Virus record (IMG/VR): IMGVR_UViG_3300029953_000003
DNA from: an uncultured virus (IMG/VR IMGVR_UViG_3300029953_000003)
Lineage: Duplodnaviria; Heunggongvirae; Uroviricota; Caudoviricetes
Direction: 5' to 3' (one strand)
DNA: 30,533 bases
The translations under genes and the position numbers were made by a program. The notes below the pieces were generated by a model. That model made no database searches. It saw only the letters and a program-made list of their open reading frames with translations, and was not told the DNA's origin. The number at the start of each line of letters is the position of its first letter. Positions within the stretch are counted from its first letter, which is position 1. Below are positions 7,577-15,315 of the stretch, one piece after another.

Positions 7577-8272
7577 TCAGTACAGGGCGCGCGCGATGGC
7601 CTCACGCGCAGCATCGCGGTCGCGGCGTGCGGCCTCCTCGTCAAACGCTGGCGCTAGCGCAGAAGGCTGGGCGCCAGGGGCCGCCTCGGAAGCGCGAACG
7701 GCGATCGTCACGGCGGAAACGCCTGGCCGCTGTCGGCGCGCGAAGGCGAGGTAGGTCTCGCCGGAGGAGCTGGCCGCGCTCGAGGTGAGGCGCTCGCCGT
7801 CAAGCGGATCGAGCTCGTCTTCGTCGTCGTCGCCGGCGGCGTTGAAGTGTCCGCGCACGAGCCGACGCGCCACCACAGGCGCGGCGAGCTCAAGCGGCTC
7901 GTGCTTGGCACGCTCCTCGGCCGCCGCGCGGGCAACGCGCTCGTGCTCGAGCCTGTCGTCGACAGGGTCGTGCCCAAGCCGCCGCGCGCACACGTAGCTC
8001 CGCGCCAGGAGCCGTTCGGACGCCGACGCCGCGTCGCCACCCTGGAACCGCAGCTCCTGGAGGAGCGCCACCACCCGCTCCTGCGTCTCCGCCAGGTCGG
8101 GCCACGTCACAGCCCGCGCGAATACCTGTCGCCTCGCCTCGAGCAAGCCCACGAGCTCACCCCGCAGAGACGCTTGGGGGCTGCTCGCCCCCAAACCCCC
8201 CGCCAGGGACTCGTCCCTGGACCCGGAGCTCACGATGTTCGCCGGGAGAGGGCGTGGCGCTTGCTCGTTCAC
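7577..8272 (-). CDS. Hypothetical protein with repeat R3 in its N-terminus
   Basis: 231-aa ORF with a GTGA overlap with the upstream gene. Confidence 0.7.
   Translation of the reverse strand: MNEQAPRPLPANIVSSGSRDESLAGGLGASSPQASLRGELVGLLEARRQVFARAVTWPDLAETQERVVALLQELRFQGGDAASASERLLARSYVCARRLGHDPVDDRLEHERVARAAAEERAKHEPLELAAPVVARRLVRGHFNAAGDDDEDELDPLDGERLTSSAASSSGETYLAFARRQRPGVSAVTIAVRASEAAPGAQPSALAPAFDEEAARRDRDAAREAIARALY
8174..8242 (-). repeat. Repeat R3 (in frame)
   Basis: Minus strand GCGAACATCGTGAGCTCCGGGTCCAGGGACGAGTCCCTGGCGGGGGGTTTGGGGGCGAGCAGCCCCCAA, translated as ANIVSSGSRDESLAGGLGASSPQ. Confidence 0.95.
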
Positions 8273-8484
8273 GGGAGAGGCGGCTCCGAACGGTCCATCG
8301 TTGCAAAGGCCACAGCCTGGGCAAGCGTCGGTGCCGTCGTCGGCTTCCCGTTTACAGAGATTTCGATTTCTTCCTTCGGGTCGTGAGGGATCACGATCAC
8401 CGTGTACTCCACGCCTGACCCGCGCTCAGCATTACAGGCTGCATCGTTCAGGCGCAAAAGCGCGTCTCTCATCGAAGGACTCAT
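8269..8484 (-). CDS. Small hypothetical protein
   Basis: 71-aa ORF whose stop overlaps the next start; protein-like composition. Confidence 0.65.
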   Translation of the reverse strand: MSPSMRDALLRLNDAACNAERGSGVEYTVIVIPHDPKEEIEISVNGKPTTAPTLAQAVAFATMDRSEPPLP

Positions 8485-8685
8485 TGCCTGCTACCGTTCC
8501 TGTTAAAGGAGCCACCGGAGCCCTCGCTCGCCGGTACCGCACGCCTGCGAGGCGTGGCGTAGCTGCCCGAACGAGACGAGGGACGGATCGTGCGACGAAG
8601 CCCTGCGCAATCGCCCTGTTACGGCACAGGAAGGCCAGGCTCGAGAGCACGAGCCAGCGAAGCGCGCAGGTCTACGCGCAGGCTA

Positions 8686-8886
8686 TCACAGCGACGTTGG
8701 CTCGAGGCGACGTTTCATCTCGGCCGCCACGTCAGGCGGCATCACGAGCGTGCCCGTGAGCGACAGATCGCTGCGCCCAGAAGACACTCGAGCGTGAACG
8801 TGATCGCCGATCGGTGAGATCTCCACGAGGAAGACGATCGGCGGCTCTGACGGCGGACACGGAAGCGTGTCGCGTGACGAGCTCAC
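8686..8886 (-). CDS. Small hypothetical protein
   Basis: GTG 8886 overlaps the TGA of the DUF3307 gene; 66 aa. Confidence 0.55.
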   Translation of the reverse strand: MSSSRDTLPCPPSEPPIVFLVEISPIGDHVHARVSSGRSDLSLTGTLVMPPDVAAEMKRRLEPTSL

Positions 8887-9500
8887 GGCCACCACGAAAG
8901 CGCGGCCGCGTTGCAGCAAAGATGGATCGTGTTGTCCGTGATGATCAGGAGCCATGTCGCAAGCCATGCCGGCCGATCCTGATGGTAGCCGGTCACCTTG
9001 CACTCCTCCCAGGAGTGCCACCACTTCGTCACGGGAACGACGCCCAAGAGGCCGCCCTTGGTGACTGGAGCGATGACCATGTAACGAGCAGCCTGAGGAA
9101 GATTGCCTCCGACCTCAAGGATAAAAAGATCGCGGACAGCGCGGCCTTCGACAAAATCACCAGCACGCAAGTCGCCGCCGAGCTTGTCGCCAGCACGAAA
9201 GAAGATCTGGTCCTCCGGACGCCCCAACGAGAACGGAGGCGCCAGAAAGTTCTTGATCCAGCAGACGTAGCGCGCGAGACGCCACCGATCGACCACGAAG
9301 TGTGTCCCGGCGATGAAGACCAGAGCCTGCCAGGAATGCGCAAGCAGAAGAAACGGCAGGGTGTACGTCAGCGCGTGCGCCAGCGCAGCGAGGCTCTTCT
9401 TGGTCTTCTCCGCAGCCATCCAATCGGACTGCAAGAAGTAATCGCCGAAGAGATGGGCGATGAGCTGGACGAACACAAACGTCGGCACGCAAAAATTCAC
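8883..9500 (-). CDS. DUF3307-family membrane protein with an internal insertion
   Basis: LIAHLFGDYFLQSDWMAAEK, AHALTY, GTHFVVDRWRL, IITDNTIH. Confidence 0.85.
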   Translation of the reverse strand: MNFCVPTFVFVQLIAHLFGDYFLQSDWMAAEKTKKSLAALAHALTYTLPFLLLAHSWQALVFIAGTHFVVDRWRLARYVCWIKNFLAPPFSLGRPEDQIFFRAGDKLGGDLRAGDFVEGRAVRDLFILEVGGNLPQAARYMVIAPVTKGGLLGVVPVTKWWHSWEECKVTGYHQDRPAWLATWLLIITDNTIHLCCNAAALSWWP

Positions 9501-9727
9501 AGTCTCGATCCTTTCTCGATCTCGTTCAGCGCCAATCTTTCGGACGCTTCGACCTCCAGCCAGGCTCGCTCAATAAGCGCCCACCTGCGTCTGATCTCGA
9601 CCTCGCACGGATCCTCGATCGTTGCTGGAGCGCCATCATCGTCGAGTCGCTGGTGAGCAATTGCAAAGTCACCACAACGCATGGCTAGCTCGATCATCGA
9701 ATCGAGACTCGCCTCTCCGCGAATCAC
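9497..9727 (-). CDS. Small hypothetical protein
   Basis: GTG 9727 overlaps the upstream TGA, and its stop overlaps the next start. Confidence 0.6.
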   Translation of the reverse strand: MIRGEASLDSMIELAMRCGDFAIAHQRLDDDGAPATIEDPCEVEIRRRWALIERAWLEVEASERLALNEIEKGSRL

Positions 9728-10281
9728 GCCCTCACCGAGACCGTCACCGCGGCCGGAAGCGAAGCGTTTCCTTGAACAGCGATGGCCTCTGGAATGAAGC
9801 CAGCCCGCGCCAGCCTCACCGGATCGCCAGAAACAAGATCGGAGACCAGCGGCGGATCGAACCCTGGCCACGACACCGGCTTGCCGCCCAGCGAGAACGC
9901 GGGCAAGGATCGATCGAAGGAGTATCTTGATCCGATCGGCGGCGCGGGAAGAAGAAACGCAATGTCACCTTCCTTCGAAGGCCAGGCCGCGACGAGCACG
10001 TACCGAGTCCAGGTCGAATCTCCGATCCGGACGTACCGCGTTGCCTTGGCCGTCTCGAGCGCCAGCGCTTCCGCAACGCGCTCCCGGACGTCAGCGAGAT
10101 CAGGCCCTCGCCTCGCCTGCGGTGTGCCGATCGCAAACGCGACCCTGGCCGCCCTCCAAGCAAGGTCCTCGTCCTCCGTCTGGGCCAGGTGGCGCACCTT
10201 TCCCAGGAGCGTCCATGCCTCAGGTGATTCAGCGCCGAGCCACGCCCCGGTGAGATCCAGGAAGAACGCGAGCGAGCTCAC
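9724..10281 (-). CDS. Hypothetical protein
   Basis: GTG 10281 overlaps the stop of the upstream 53-aa ORF. Confidence 0.7.
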   Translation of the reverse strand: MSSLAFFLDLTGAWLGAESPEAWTLLGKVRHLAQTEDEDLAWRAARVAFAIGTPQARRGPDLADVRERVAEALALETAKATRYVRIGDSTWTRYVLVAAWPSKEGDIAFLLPAPPIGSRYSFDRSLPAFSLGGKPVSWPGFDPPLVSDLVSGDPVRLARAGFIPEAIAVQGNASLPAAVTVSVRA

Positions 10282-10439
10282 GCCTTCTCCCACGCCGGAC
10301 GAACCTTCTCGTTGTCTCTCTCCAGAATCAGGCGCCGGCGGCGACCCCCCGGCGGAGGAGCAATCAGCGGATCGCGAGCCGCGTGCTTCTTCCCGCTCCT
10401 AAAGGCCGGCTTGTTCCTCCGCTTGAACGTGTTGCTCAT
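10278..10439 (-). CDS. Small basic protein (53 aa, not in the ORF track)
   Basis: MSNTFKRRNKPAFRSGKKHAARDPLIAPPPGGRRRRLILERDNEKVRPAWEKA*, with ATGA and GTGA coupling on both sides. Confidence 0.6.
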   Translation of the reverse strand: MSNTFKRRNKPAFRSGKKHAARDPLIAPPPGGRRRRLILERDNEKVRPAWEKA

Positions 10440-10540
10440 GGCGAAAACCCTCTCAAGACACTAGAGAGCGCCGACCGCTTGGCGGCGTCAAGGGCTACAT
10501 GCCCGCGCCAGGCAAAGACGCGGCTCCGCAAGCCTACCAC
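10436..10540 (-). CDS. 34-aa micro-ORF paralogous to the C-terminus of the upstream gene
   Basis: VVGLRSRVFAWRGHVALDAAKRSALSSVLRGFSP*, compared with HVGLDAAKRAALLSVSRGW upstream. Overlaps both neighbours. Confidence 0.55.
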   Translation of the reverse strand: MVGLRSRVFAWRGHVALDAAKRSALSSVLRGFSP

Positions 10541-10827
10541 CCTCTTGAAACGCTCAAGAGCGCCGCTCGTTTGGCCGCATCGAGACCCACATGCTCAGAC
10601 GTCACGCCTGGCGCAAAAAGCTTCACCCGAGGCTTGGCGCCTGGCTCCGAAGGAGGGACAACGATCCGGCAGTTTCCTCGCGTGTAGGACACCCATCCGT
10701 GCTCGTCCTCCCGCCTCGTCCACATCGGCTTTTTCTTGAACACGCGAGGCTCCTCTCTCCTGAAGCGAACATCGTGAGCCGCGGGTCCAGGGCTAAGGCC
10801 CTGGCGGGCTGGCGATGTATTCTTCAT
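10534..10827 (-). CDS. Hypothetical protein with repeat R4 in its N-terminus
   Basis: 97-aa ORF with GAGG upstream. A later start (MWTRRED) is possible. Confidence 0.65.
   Translation of the reverse strand: MKNTSPARQGLSPGPAAHDVRFRREEPRVFKKKPMWTRREDEHGWVSYTRGNCRIVVPPSEPGAKPRVKLFAPGVTSEHVGLDAAKRAALLSVSRGW
10765..10808 (+). repeat. Repeat R4 (truncated, first hairpin only)
   Basis: GCGAACATCGTGAGCCGCGGGTCCAGGGCTAAGGCCCTGGCGGG. Confidence 0.9.
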
Positions 10828-10834
10828 TTTAGCC

Positions 10835-11065
10835 TCATCCTGCCGGCCTTGCGTTGGGACGAATCCGCCTCACGAGTTCCGCTTTGATGCGCACCATACG
10901 CTCGGCTCGACTCACGTCGCCATCTTGGGTCACCGCCGCAACCGCGTCGTCGTAGCAAGCCTGAACCTGGTTCAGGCACCACATGTAGGCCGGTCTCGCG
11001 AGCGCCTCGTCCTCCTCAAGAGCGCCCTGAACATGCTTCGCGTAGCTCTTCAGAGGATGACCCAT
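10835..11065 (-). CDS. Small hypothetical protein
   Basis: 76-aa ORF with AAGGA upstream. Confidence 0.7.
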   Translation of the reverse strand: MGHPLKSYAKHVQGALEEDEALARPAYMWCLNQVQACYDDAVAAVTQDGDVSRAERMVRIKAELVRRIRPNARPAG

Positions 11066-11095
11066 CTTGGTGCGTATCCTTTCACCGAACGTCAG

Positions 11096-11455
11096 CTAAA
11101 AACCAGGCTCGTAGCAACCGTCCCGCGGCGGCCAGCGTACCGCGCCTTCGAGGACACAGTCCCATGCGTAGAGATCAATCTCGCCGGCGTTGCAAAAATC
11201 TGAGTATGCAAGCGGAGGAAGAATCCCAACAGCTCGCCCAAAGCCAGCCAACGCGACCTCGAGATTGTAGGCCGCGAGAAGCCCATCAGCCTCATCGTCG
11301 CGACCGTCCAGCTCGGCGATCTCGTAAGGCTGGTGCGGAAACGCCGACCAGAAGCAGTATTCGCCGTGCCACCAGCACGCTCCAGGAAGCTTCTCGGCGT
11401 CGAGCGGCGGCCCATGCGGGTGAGCGGGGCCATTGGTGCGGGCGTAGTAGATCAT
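11096..11455 (-). CDS. Hypothetical protein
   Basis: About 119 aa, aromatic-rich, co-oriented with neighbours. Confidence 0.65.
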   Translation of the reverse strand: MIYYARTNGPAHPHGPPLDAEKLPGACWWHGEYCFWSAFPHQPYEIAELDGRDDEADGLLAAYNLEVALAGFGRAVGILPPLAYSDFCNAGEIDLYAWDCVLEGAVRWPPRDGCYEPGF

Positions 11456-11524
11456 TTTTCCATCCACAGAAGACGAAAGAAACCGCGCTATTGACCTACT
11501 GTCATAGCGCTAAAGTTCTTCGAC

Positions 11525-11590
11525 GCGAACAGCGTAAGCTGCGGGGTCCAGGGCCGTGGCCCTGGCAGGGTGCAGGGGCAGAGCCCCTGC
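11525..11590 (+). repeat. Repeat R5 (intergenic)
   Basis: GCGAACAGCGTAAGCTGCGGGGTCCAGGGCCGTGGCCCTGGCAGGGTGCAGGGGCAGAGCCCCTGC. Confidence 0.95.
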
Positions 11591-11601
11591 GGGATCCCCC
11601 T

Positions 11602-12282
11602 CTACTCGCAGTAAGAGCCTGGCGAGGCCGCGCCGCATGCCGCGGTCGATGCGACGCACCCAGTGGCCAGCGTGGTGAACGTGCCGAAGTGGCAGCAACA
11701 GAGGTCGCCGCCCGTGCATCCGCTCGAGTCGAGGCACCCCACGCAGCTCCCTGAGCCGTTGCAGAGGAGGCCGCCCGCGGGCGTTGAGCACGAGGCTCCA
11801 GCGTCCGCGATGGCGACGTTGCAGACCCCGACGTCACACGTGGGCGTGGCACATGTGCTGGGCTGGGGCGGGCAGTCCAGCGCCGTTCGGCACCCGACGC
11901 AGGCCCCCGTCCCGTCGCAGACGTGGCCCCCTCCCATCGAGCACGCGGTCCCCGGCACAGCCAGGACCTCTCCGCAGCATCCGTCAGCGCACGTCCCTAC
12001 CTGGCACGAGCCGGTCACGCTGGGGCACCCTGCGGCGCCTGAACAGGCAAGGCCGCCGTCGCAACCGTGGCCTCCAGTTCCGGAGGACGTCGTCGCCACA
12101 GAGGACCCGGATCCGCTTGCTGCGATCGCCGTCGAGGCCGAGCTAGCGCTTGCCGAGGATGCGTTCGCCGGCGAACCGCCGCTCCCTGGGGTCACGCCAC
12201 CGTCCGTATAGCTGCTGTAGCCGTAGAACCCGCAGCCCGAAAGTACCATGCCGACCACGAAGAAGAAGAGTCGCCAACTCAT
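11602..12282 (-). CDS. Cys-rich secreted lipoprotein (myxobacterial style)
   Basis: Signal peptide with lipobox LSGC, Ser/Gly/Ala linker, and two repeats of C..C..GTC..G.C..G.AC..CDG.G.CVGC. Confidence 0.8.
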   Translation of the reverse strand: MSWRLFFFVVGMVLSGCGFYGYSSYTDGGVTPGSGGSPANASSASASSASTAIAASGSGSSVATTSSGTGGHGCDGGLACSGAAGCPSVTGSCQVGTCADGCCGEVLAVPGTACSMGGGHVCDGTGACVGCRTALDCPPQPSTCATPTCDVGVCNVAIADAGASCSTPAGGLLCNGSGSCVGCLDSSGCTGGDLCCCHFGTFTTLATGCVASTAACGAASPGSYCE

Positions 12283-12548
12283 GACTTGACCTCCCCCTTC
12301 GCGTCGAAACGCGCCAGCGCGCGCCGAGCCCTGGCCGCCTCGATCTCGCCAGCCCTCGCGTACTCACGCTGGAGGCGACGCGTCCGGATCTTGCTCGTCT
12401 TTGAGCGCCCAGCGCGAAGCGTTCGCACGATCGATTTCTCCCCATCGCTGCCGACGACAACGTACCACACGCCGCCGTACGTGAAGACGTCGTGCGGCTG
12501 GACACGAAGAGTCCGGACGCTGATCGGCCTCGCCTTCGAAGGCTTCAT
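12279..12548 (-). CDS. Small basic hypothetical protein
   Basis: ATG 12548 overlaps the upstream TGA (MKPSKARPISV...). Confidence 0.65.
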   Translation of the reverse strand: MKPSKARPISVRTLRVQPHDVFTYGGVWYVVVGSDGEKSIVRTLRAGRSKTSKIRTRRLQREYARAGEIEAARARRALARFDAKGEVKS

Positions 12549-13075
12549 CGACCTGCCGCCGCGCGCCTGTCGGCCCACCGCATCGCGGCCACCGCGAGCC
12601 CGGCAACCTTCTTCATTTGCGCACGAAACGAAAGCGCGTTCCGACCCTGCGCCGGCGGGACAATCACCGTGAGCTCCCAACGGGCGTCGTGGTCCGTGCT
12701 CCCCCACGCGCTGTCGCCGACAAGGCGAGCGTCCAGTGACTTTGCCGCATGATCGAGCACGTAGATCAACCAGTCGAGGCCGCTGTGCTGATCGTCGTGC
12801 GCTGGCCCGCCCCACTTCCGGTCCTGGACCTCGCGCTCCTGTCGAACCTCGTCGTAGACGTCAAGCTTGAGGCTATCCGGTGGCACGAAGCCTGCGTCCC
12901 TGAGCGCGGTCTCGAGATCGTCCGAAAACTCAGCGTCGACCACCCGGCGCCCCTGCGCGTACGCCCACAGGAGCGGCTGTGCGAGCGGATCCTTTACGCT
13001 CAGCGGGACCTTCCCCCGTGGCGTGCTGGGGTACTTGTCACTCTGAAATTTGCCGTCGATCAGATGCGATCCCAT
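12545..13075 (-). CDS. Phage-type hypothetical protein (C-terminus possibly MazG-like helical domain)
   Basis: GAGGG SD. DEVRQEREVQDRKWGG..HDD..KVAGLAVAAM pattern. Confidence 0.7.
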   Translation of the reverse strand: MGSHLIDGKFQSDKYPSTPRGKVPLSVKDPLAQPLLWAYAQGRRVVDAEFSDDLETALRDAGFVPPDSLKLDVYDEVRQEREVQDRKWGGPAHDDQHSGLDWLIYVLDHAAKSLDARLVGDSAWGSTDHDARWELTVIVPPAQGRNALSFRAQMKKVAGLAVAAMRWADRRAAAGR

Positions 13076-13113
13076 CGTGCCCTCAATTTCCCAGAATCAG
13101 AACGAGACACAGC

Positions 13114-13218
13114 TTACTTGATCAAGCCCCTGCACGACTTCAGATGATAGTCGCTCTTTCCGTTGAGTTTTTTGCCACATTTTGGACACGTCCAGTACAA
13201 ACCTTTTGACTTGCTCAT
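13114..13218 (-). CDS. 34-aa C2HC zinc-finger micro-protein (not in the ORF track)
   Basis: MSKSKGLYWTCPKCGKKLNGKSDYHLKSCRGLIK*, with an ATGA overlap with the ASCH gene stop. Confidence 0.65.
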   Translation of the reverse strand: MSKSKGLYWTCPKCGKKLNGKSDYHLKSCRGLIK

Positions 13219-14492
13219 ACAACCAACCTATCACCCGACGGCCCTCGCATCCGCATCAGGATCTTCTCGCGATCGATGTAGACGACGTTCTGGGGCCCGC
13301 GCGTAAGCGTCGTCGCGTCCGGCGCATCGTAGAGGTACGCCGCGCCGATCTCCCACACGTAGAGCTCCGTGTCGAACGGGTAAAGCGCCTCCGCCTCATC
13401 CTCCGGCGTCATCGGCCTGCACCCGGCGATCTGAACGATTCCGAGAATCGCTCCCCTGGGCTCGCGGTGCGCCTCCGCGACCTTGCCCAGGCGCTTGAAC
13501 GCCGTCGCGCTCCCGGCGCCGCCCAGCGTCGCGTAGATCGCCATCCACTGGTCGTCCCACGAGGACCCCTCCTCCCCCAGCCTGGGAAACGCCCACTTTC
13601 GCGTCTCGAGCCTCTTCGGCCCCGGTGCCCCGTACACGGACCCGTCCCCGAACAGAAGCCCCGCGTACGGCTGCCACAGCGCGATGCAGCGGACCCGCGC
13701 CGGGAGCCTGGACGACCCCTCTGGGGTCCAAAGCCTGGCGAGAGCGGCAAGAGCTTGGGGACTTCCAGCCCCCAACACCCCCTGGCCAGGACCGTAGCCC
13801 TGGACCCCGCAGCTCACTTCGTTCGCCACGGCGTCTTTCGCATCCCGCATCGCGTCGATCCTGCAAACGATCTCGTCCAGATGCTCTGCCGGAGGGTCGA
13901 GTGCGTCGTCAAAAGCCTGTACGACCTTGGCGCACATCTCGTCATCGGTCAGGATGCGCGAAGCGCCTTCCTCGCGAACATCGTGAACCGCGGGGTCCAG
14001 GGCCCTGGCCCTGGCAGGGTTGCCGGGGGCGGAGCCCCTGGCGCGACTCTTCTTCGGCTTCGGCGGCACGATGGGCATGGGCACTGGCGCGGGCATGGAG
14101 ACGACCGCGAGCACCCCACGGAGGCGAGGGACGAGGGTGTGATGGGCCTTGCGGCGAAAGTCAAGGCGAACGGCGATGGCGGCAACGGCGCGTGACTCTT
14201 CAAAATAGGAAGAAAGGCGGTCGGCGCCATCGACCGTGATAGCGGTCGCGTGCGCCTGATAGCGAAGAAGGTGATCCTCGCAAAGCGCCAGAGGATTCGG
14301 CACAGGCCAGGCAGGGCCGACCCAGTCAGCCCCAGACGCGGCCGCGAGCTCGAGCCACAGCGGATCGACCCCCTCGTAGACCTCGTTGGGGCATCGGAGC
14401 GTGTAGGTGCGTCCCGCGCGCTCGTTGACCTCGACCAGCGGGACCCCATGATCGTCGCGCAGGTACTCCGTGCAACGGCTGTCGTAACTCAC
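13215..14492 (-). CDS. Protein with C-terminal ASCH (PUA-like) domain, containing repeats R6 and R7
   Basis: RCIALWQPYAGLLF..KRLETRKW..MAIYA..PRGAILGIVQI. GTG 14492 overlaps the upstream TGA. Confidence 0.8.
   Translation of the reverse strand: MSYDSRCTEYLRDDHGVPLVEVNERAGRTYTLRCPNEVYEGVDPLWLELAAASGADWVGPAWPVPNPLALCEDHLLRYQAHATAITVDGADRLSSYFEESRAVAAIAVRLDFRRKAHHTLVPRLRGVLAVVSMPAPVPMPIVPPKPKKSRARGSAPGNPARARALDPAVHDVREEGASRILTDDEMCAKVVQAFDDALDPPAEHLDEIVCRIDAMRDAKDAVANEVSCGVQGYGPGQGVLGAGSPQALAALARLWTPEGSSRLPARVRCIALWQPYAGLLFGDGSVYGAPGPKRLETRKWAFPRLGEEGSSWDDQWMAIYATLGGAGSATAFKRLGKVAEAHREPRGAILGIVQIAGCRPMTPEDEAEALYPFDTELYVWEIGAAYLYDAPDATTLTRGPQNVVYIDREKILMRMRGPSGDRLVV
13755..13826 (-). repeat. Repeat R6 (in frame)
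   Basis: Minus strand GCGAACGAAGTGAGCTGCGGGGTCCAGGGCTACGGTCCTGGCCAGGGGGTGTTGGGGGCTGGAAGTCCCCAA. Confidence 0.92.
13974..14041 (+). repeat. Repeat R7 (in frame, inverted partner of R6)
   Basis: GCGAACATCGTGAACCGCGGGGTCCAGGGCCCTGGCCCTGGCAGGGTTGCCGGGGGCGGAGCCCCTGG. Confidence 0.95.
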
Positions 14493-15196
14493 GTGGCCCT
14501 TACAAGCGAACGGAGCGTCTTTCCATCGAGCAGAACCATTCCCTTCGACGCCGCGTATTCGCTTGTAAGTGCCCACGCCTCGACATGAACGCCACGAAGG
14601 CGAGCGCGGTCTGCTGCTGATTCAACGCGCTCAAGGATCGCCGCGGGAGTCACCTGGAGAACCGCAGCAACTAGAAATAGCTGCTCGACAGAGAGTCCAG
14701 AAAAACCGCTCTCTGCGCGGCTCCAGCTCGCGCCAGAAAGACCCATACTATGGGCAACATGCGCTTGGCTGAGACCGAGATATCGGCGCAAGTAAACGAG
14801 CACAACGCCAAGAAGCGCCGCGTAAGACGTCGCCGGGCGAAGCGCATGAGCAGAAGCTTGGCGTTGGCGTGTCATTCGCCCAGATCGCTCATCGTGAGCC
14901 ACCGCGGAGCGACGTTCCGCCTCGCCCTCCGGCGACGCCTCGTGCTCGAGGAGGATCCCCGCGGCAAGATCGTCCTCCGGACGGTGCGTGGCCTTCCCCA
15001 TAGACCTCGCGAGCGCGCCGAACACGATCCGCCGAGCGTCTCCGCTCTCCGTGACCCGCGAGCCACCTTCGCGCTCCGCGCGCTCGATCAGCTCCGCCGC
15101 CGTCTCCGAGCCGCGCGACGCGTCGGCCCTGGAGGCTTTGCGGTCTGACCCCTCGTTCCTTCCCGCGCAGCGCTTCGGATCGAACATGCGGCTCAT
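14489..15196 (-). CDS. Protein with C-terminal XRE HTH domain
   Basis: LRRYLGLSQAHVAHSMGLSGASWSRAESG..LSVEQLFLVAAVL. TTGACG lies 35 nt before ATG 15196. Confidence 0.8.
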   Translation of the reverse strand: MSRMFDPKRCAGRNEGSDRKASRADASRGSETAAELIERAEREGGSRVTESGDARRIVFGALARSMGKATHRPEDDLAAGILLEHEASPEGEAERRSAVAHDERSGRMTRQRQASAHALRPATSYAALLGVVLVYLRRYLGLSQAHVAHSMGLSGASWSRAESGFSGLSVEQLFLVAAVLQVTPAAILERVESAADRARLRGVHVEAWALTSEYAASKGMVLLDGKTLRSLVRAT

Positions 15197-15315
15197 CCCC
15201 ATCCTGTACGGCTGCGTTCACAGAACGTCAAGCGTGACGCGCGACGCGCTCGCGTCACCCCAAGGCGATCCCATCGGGCAGGCGTTCGGCGGCAAGGTGG
15301 TGCGCGCCGGGCGCA

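Noticed and set aside
7480..7644. N-terminal extension of the HNH ORF through repeat R2 (likewise the track starts at 20228, 14576, 24885 and 25820)
   Set aside because: Downstream starts have SD sequences or stop/start overlaps. The longer starts overlap upstream genes or lie inside a repeat.
10436..10593. Diversity-generating retroelement TR/VR pair
   Set aside because: Differences are at synonymous codon positions and not adenine-specific, and no reverse transcriptase is present.
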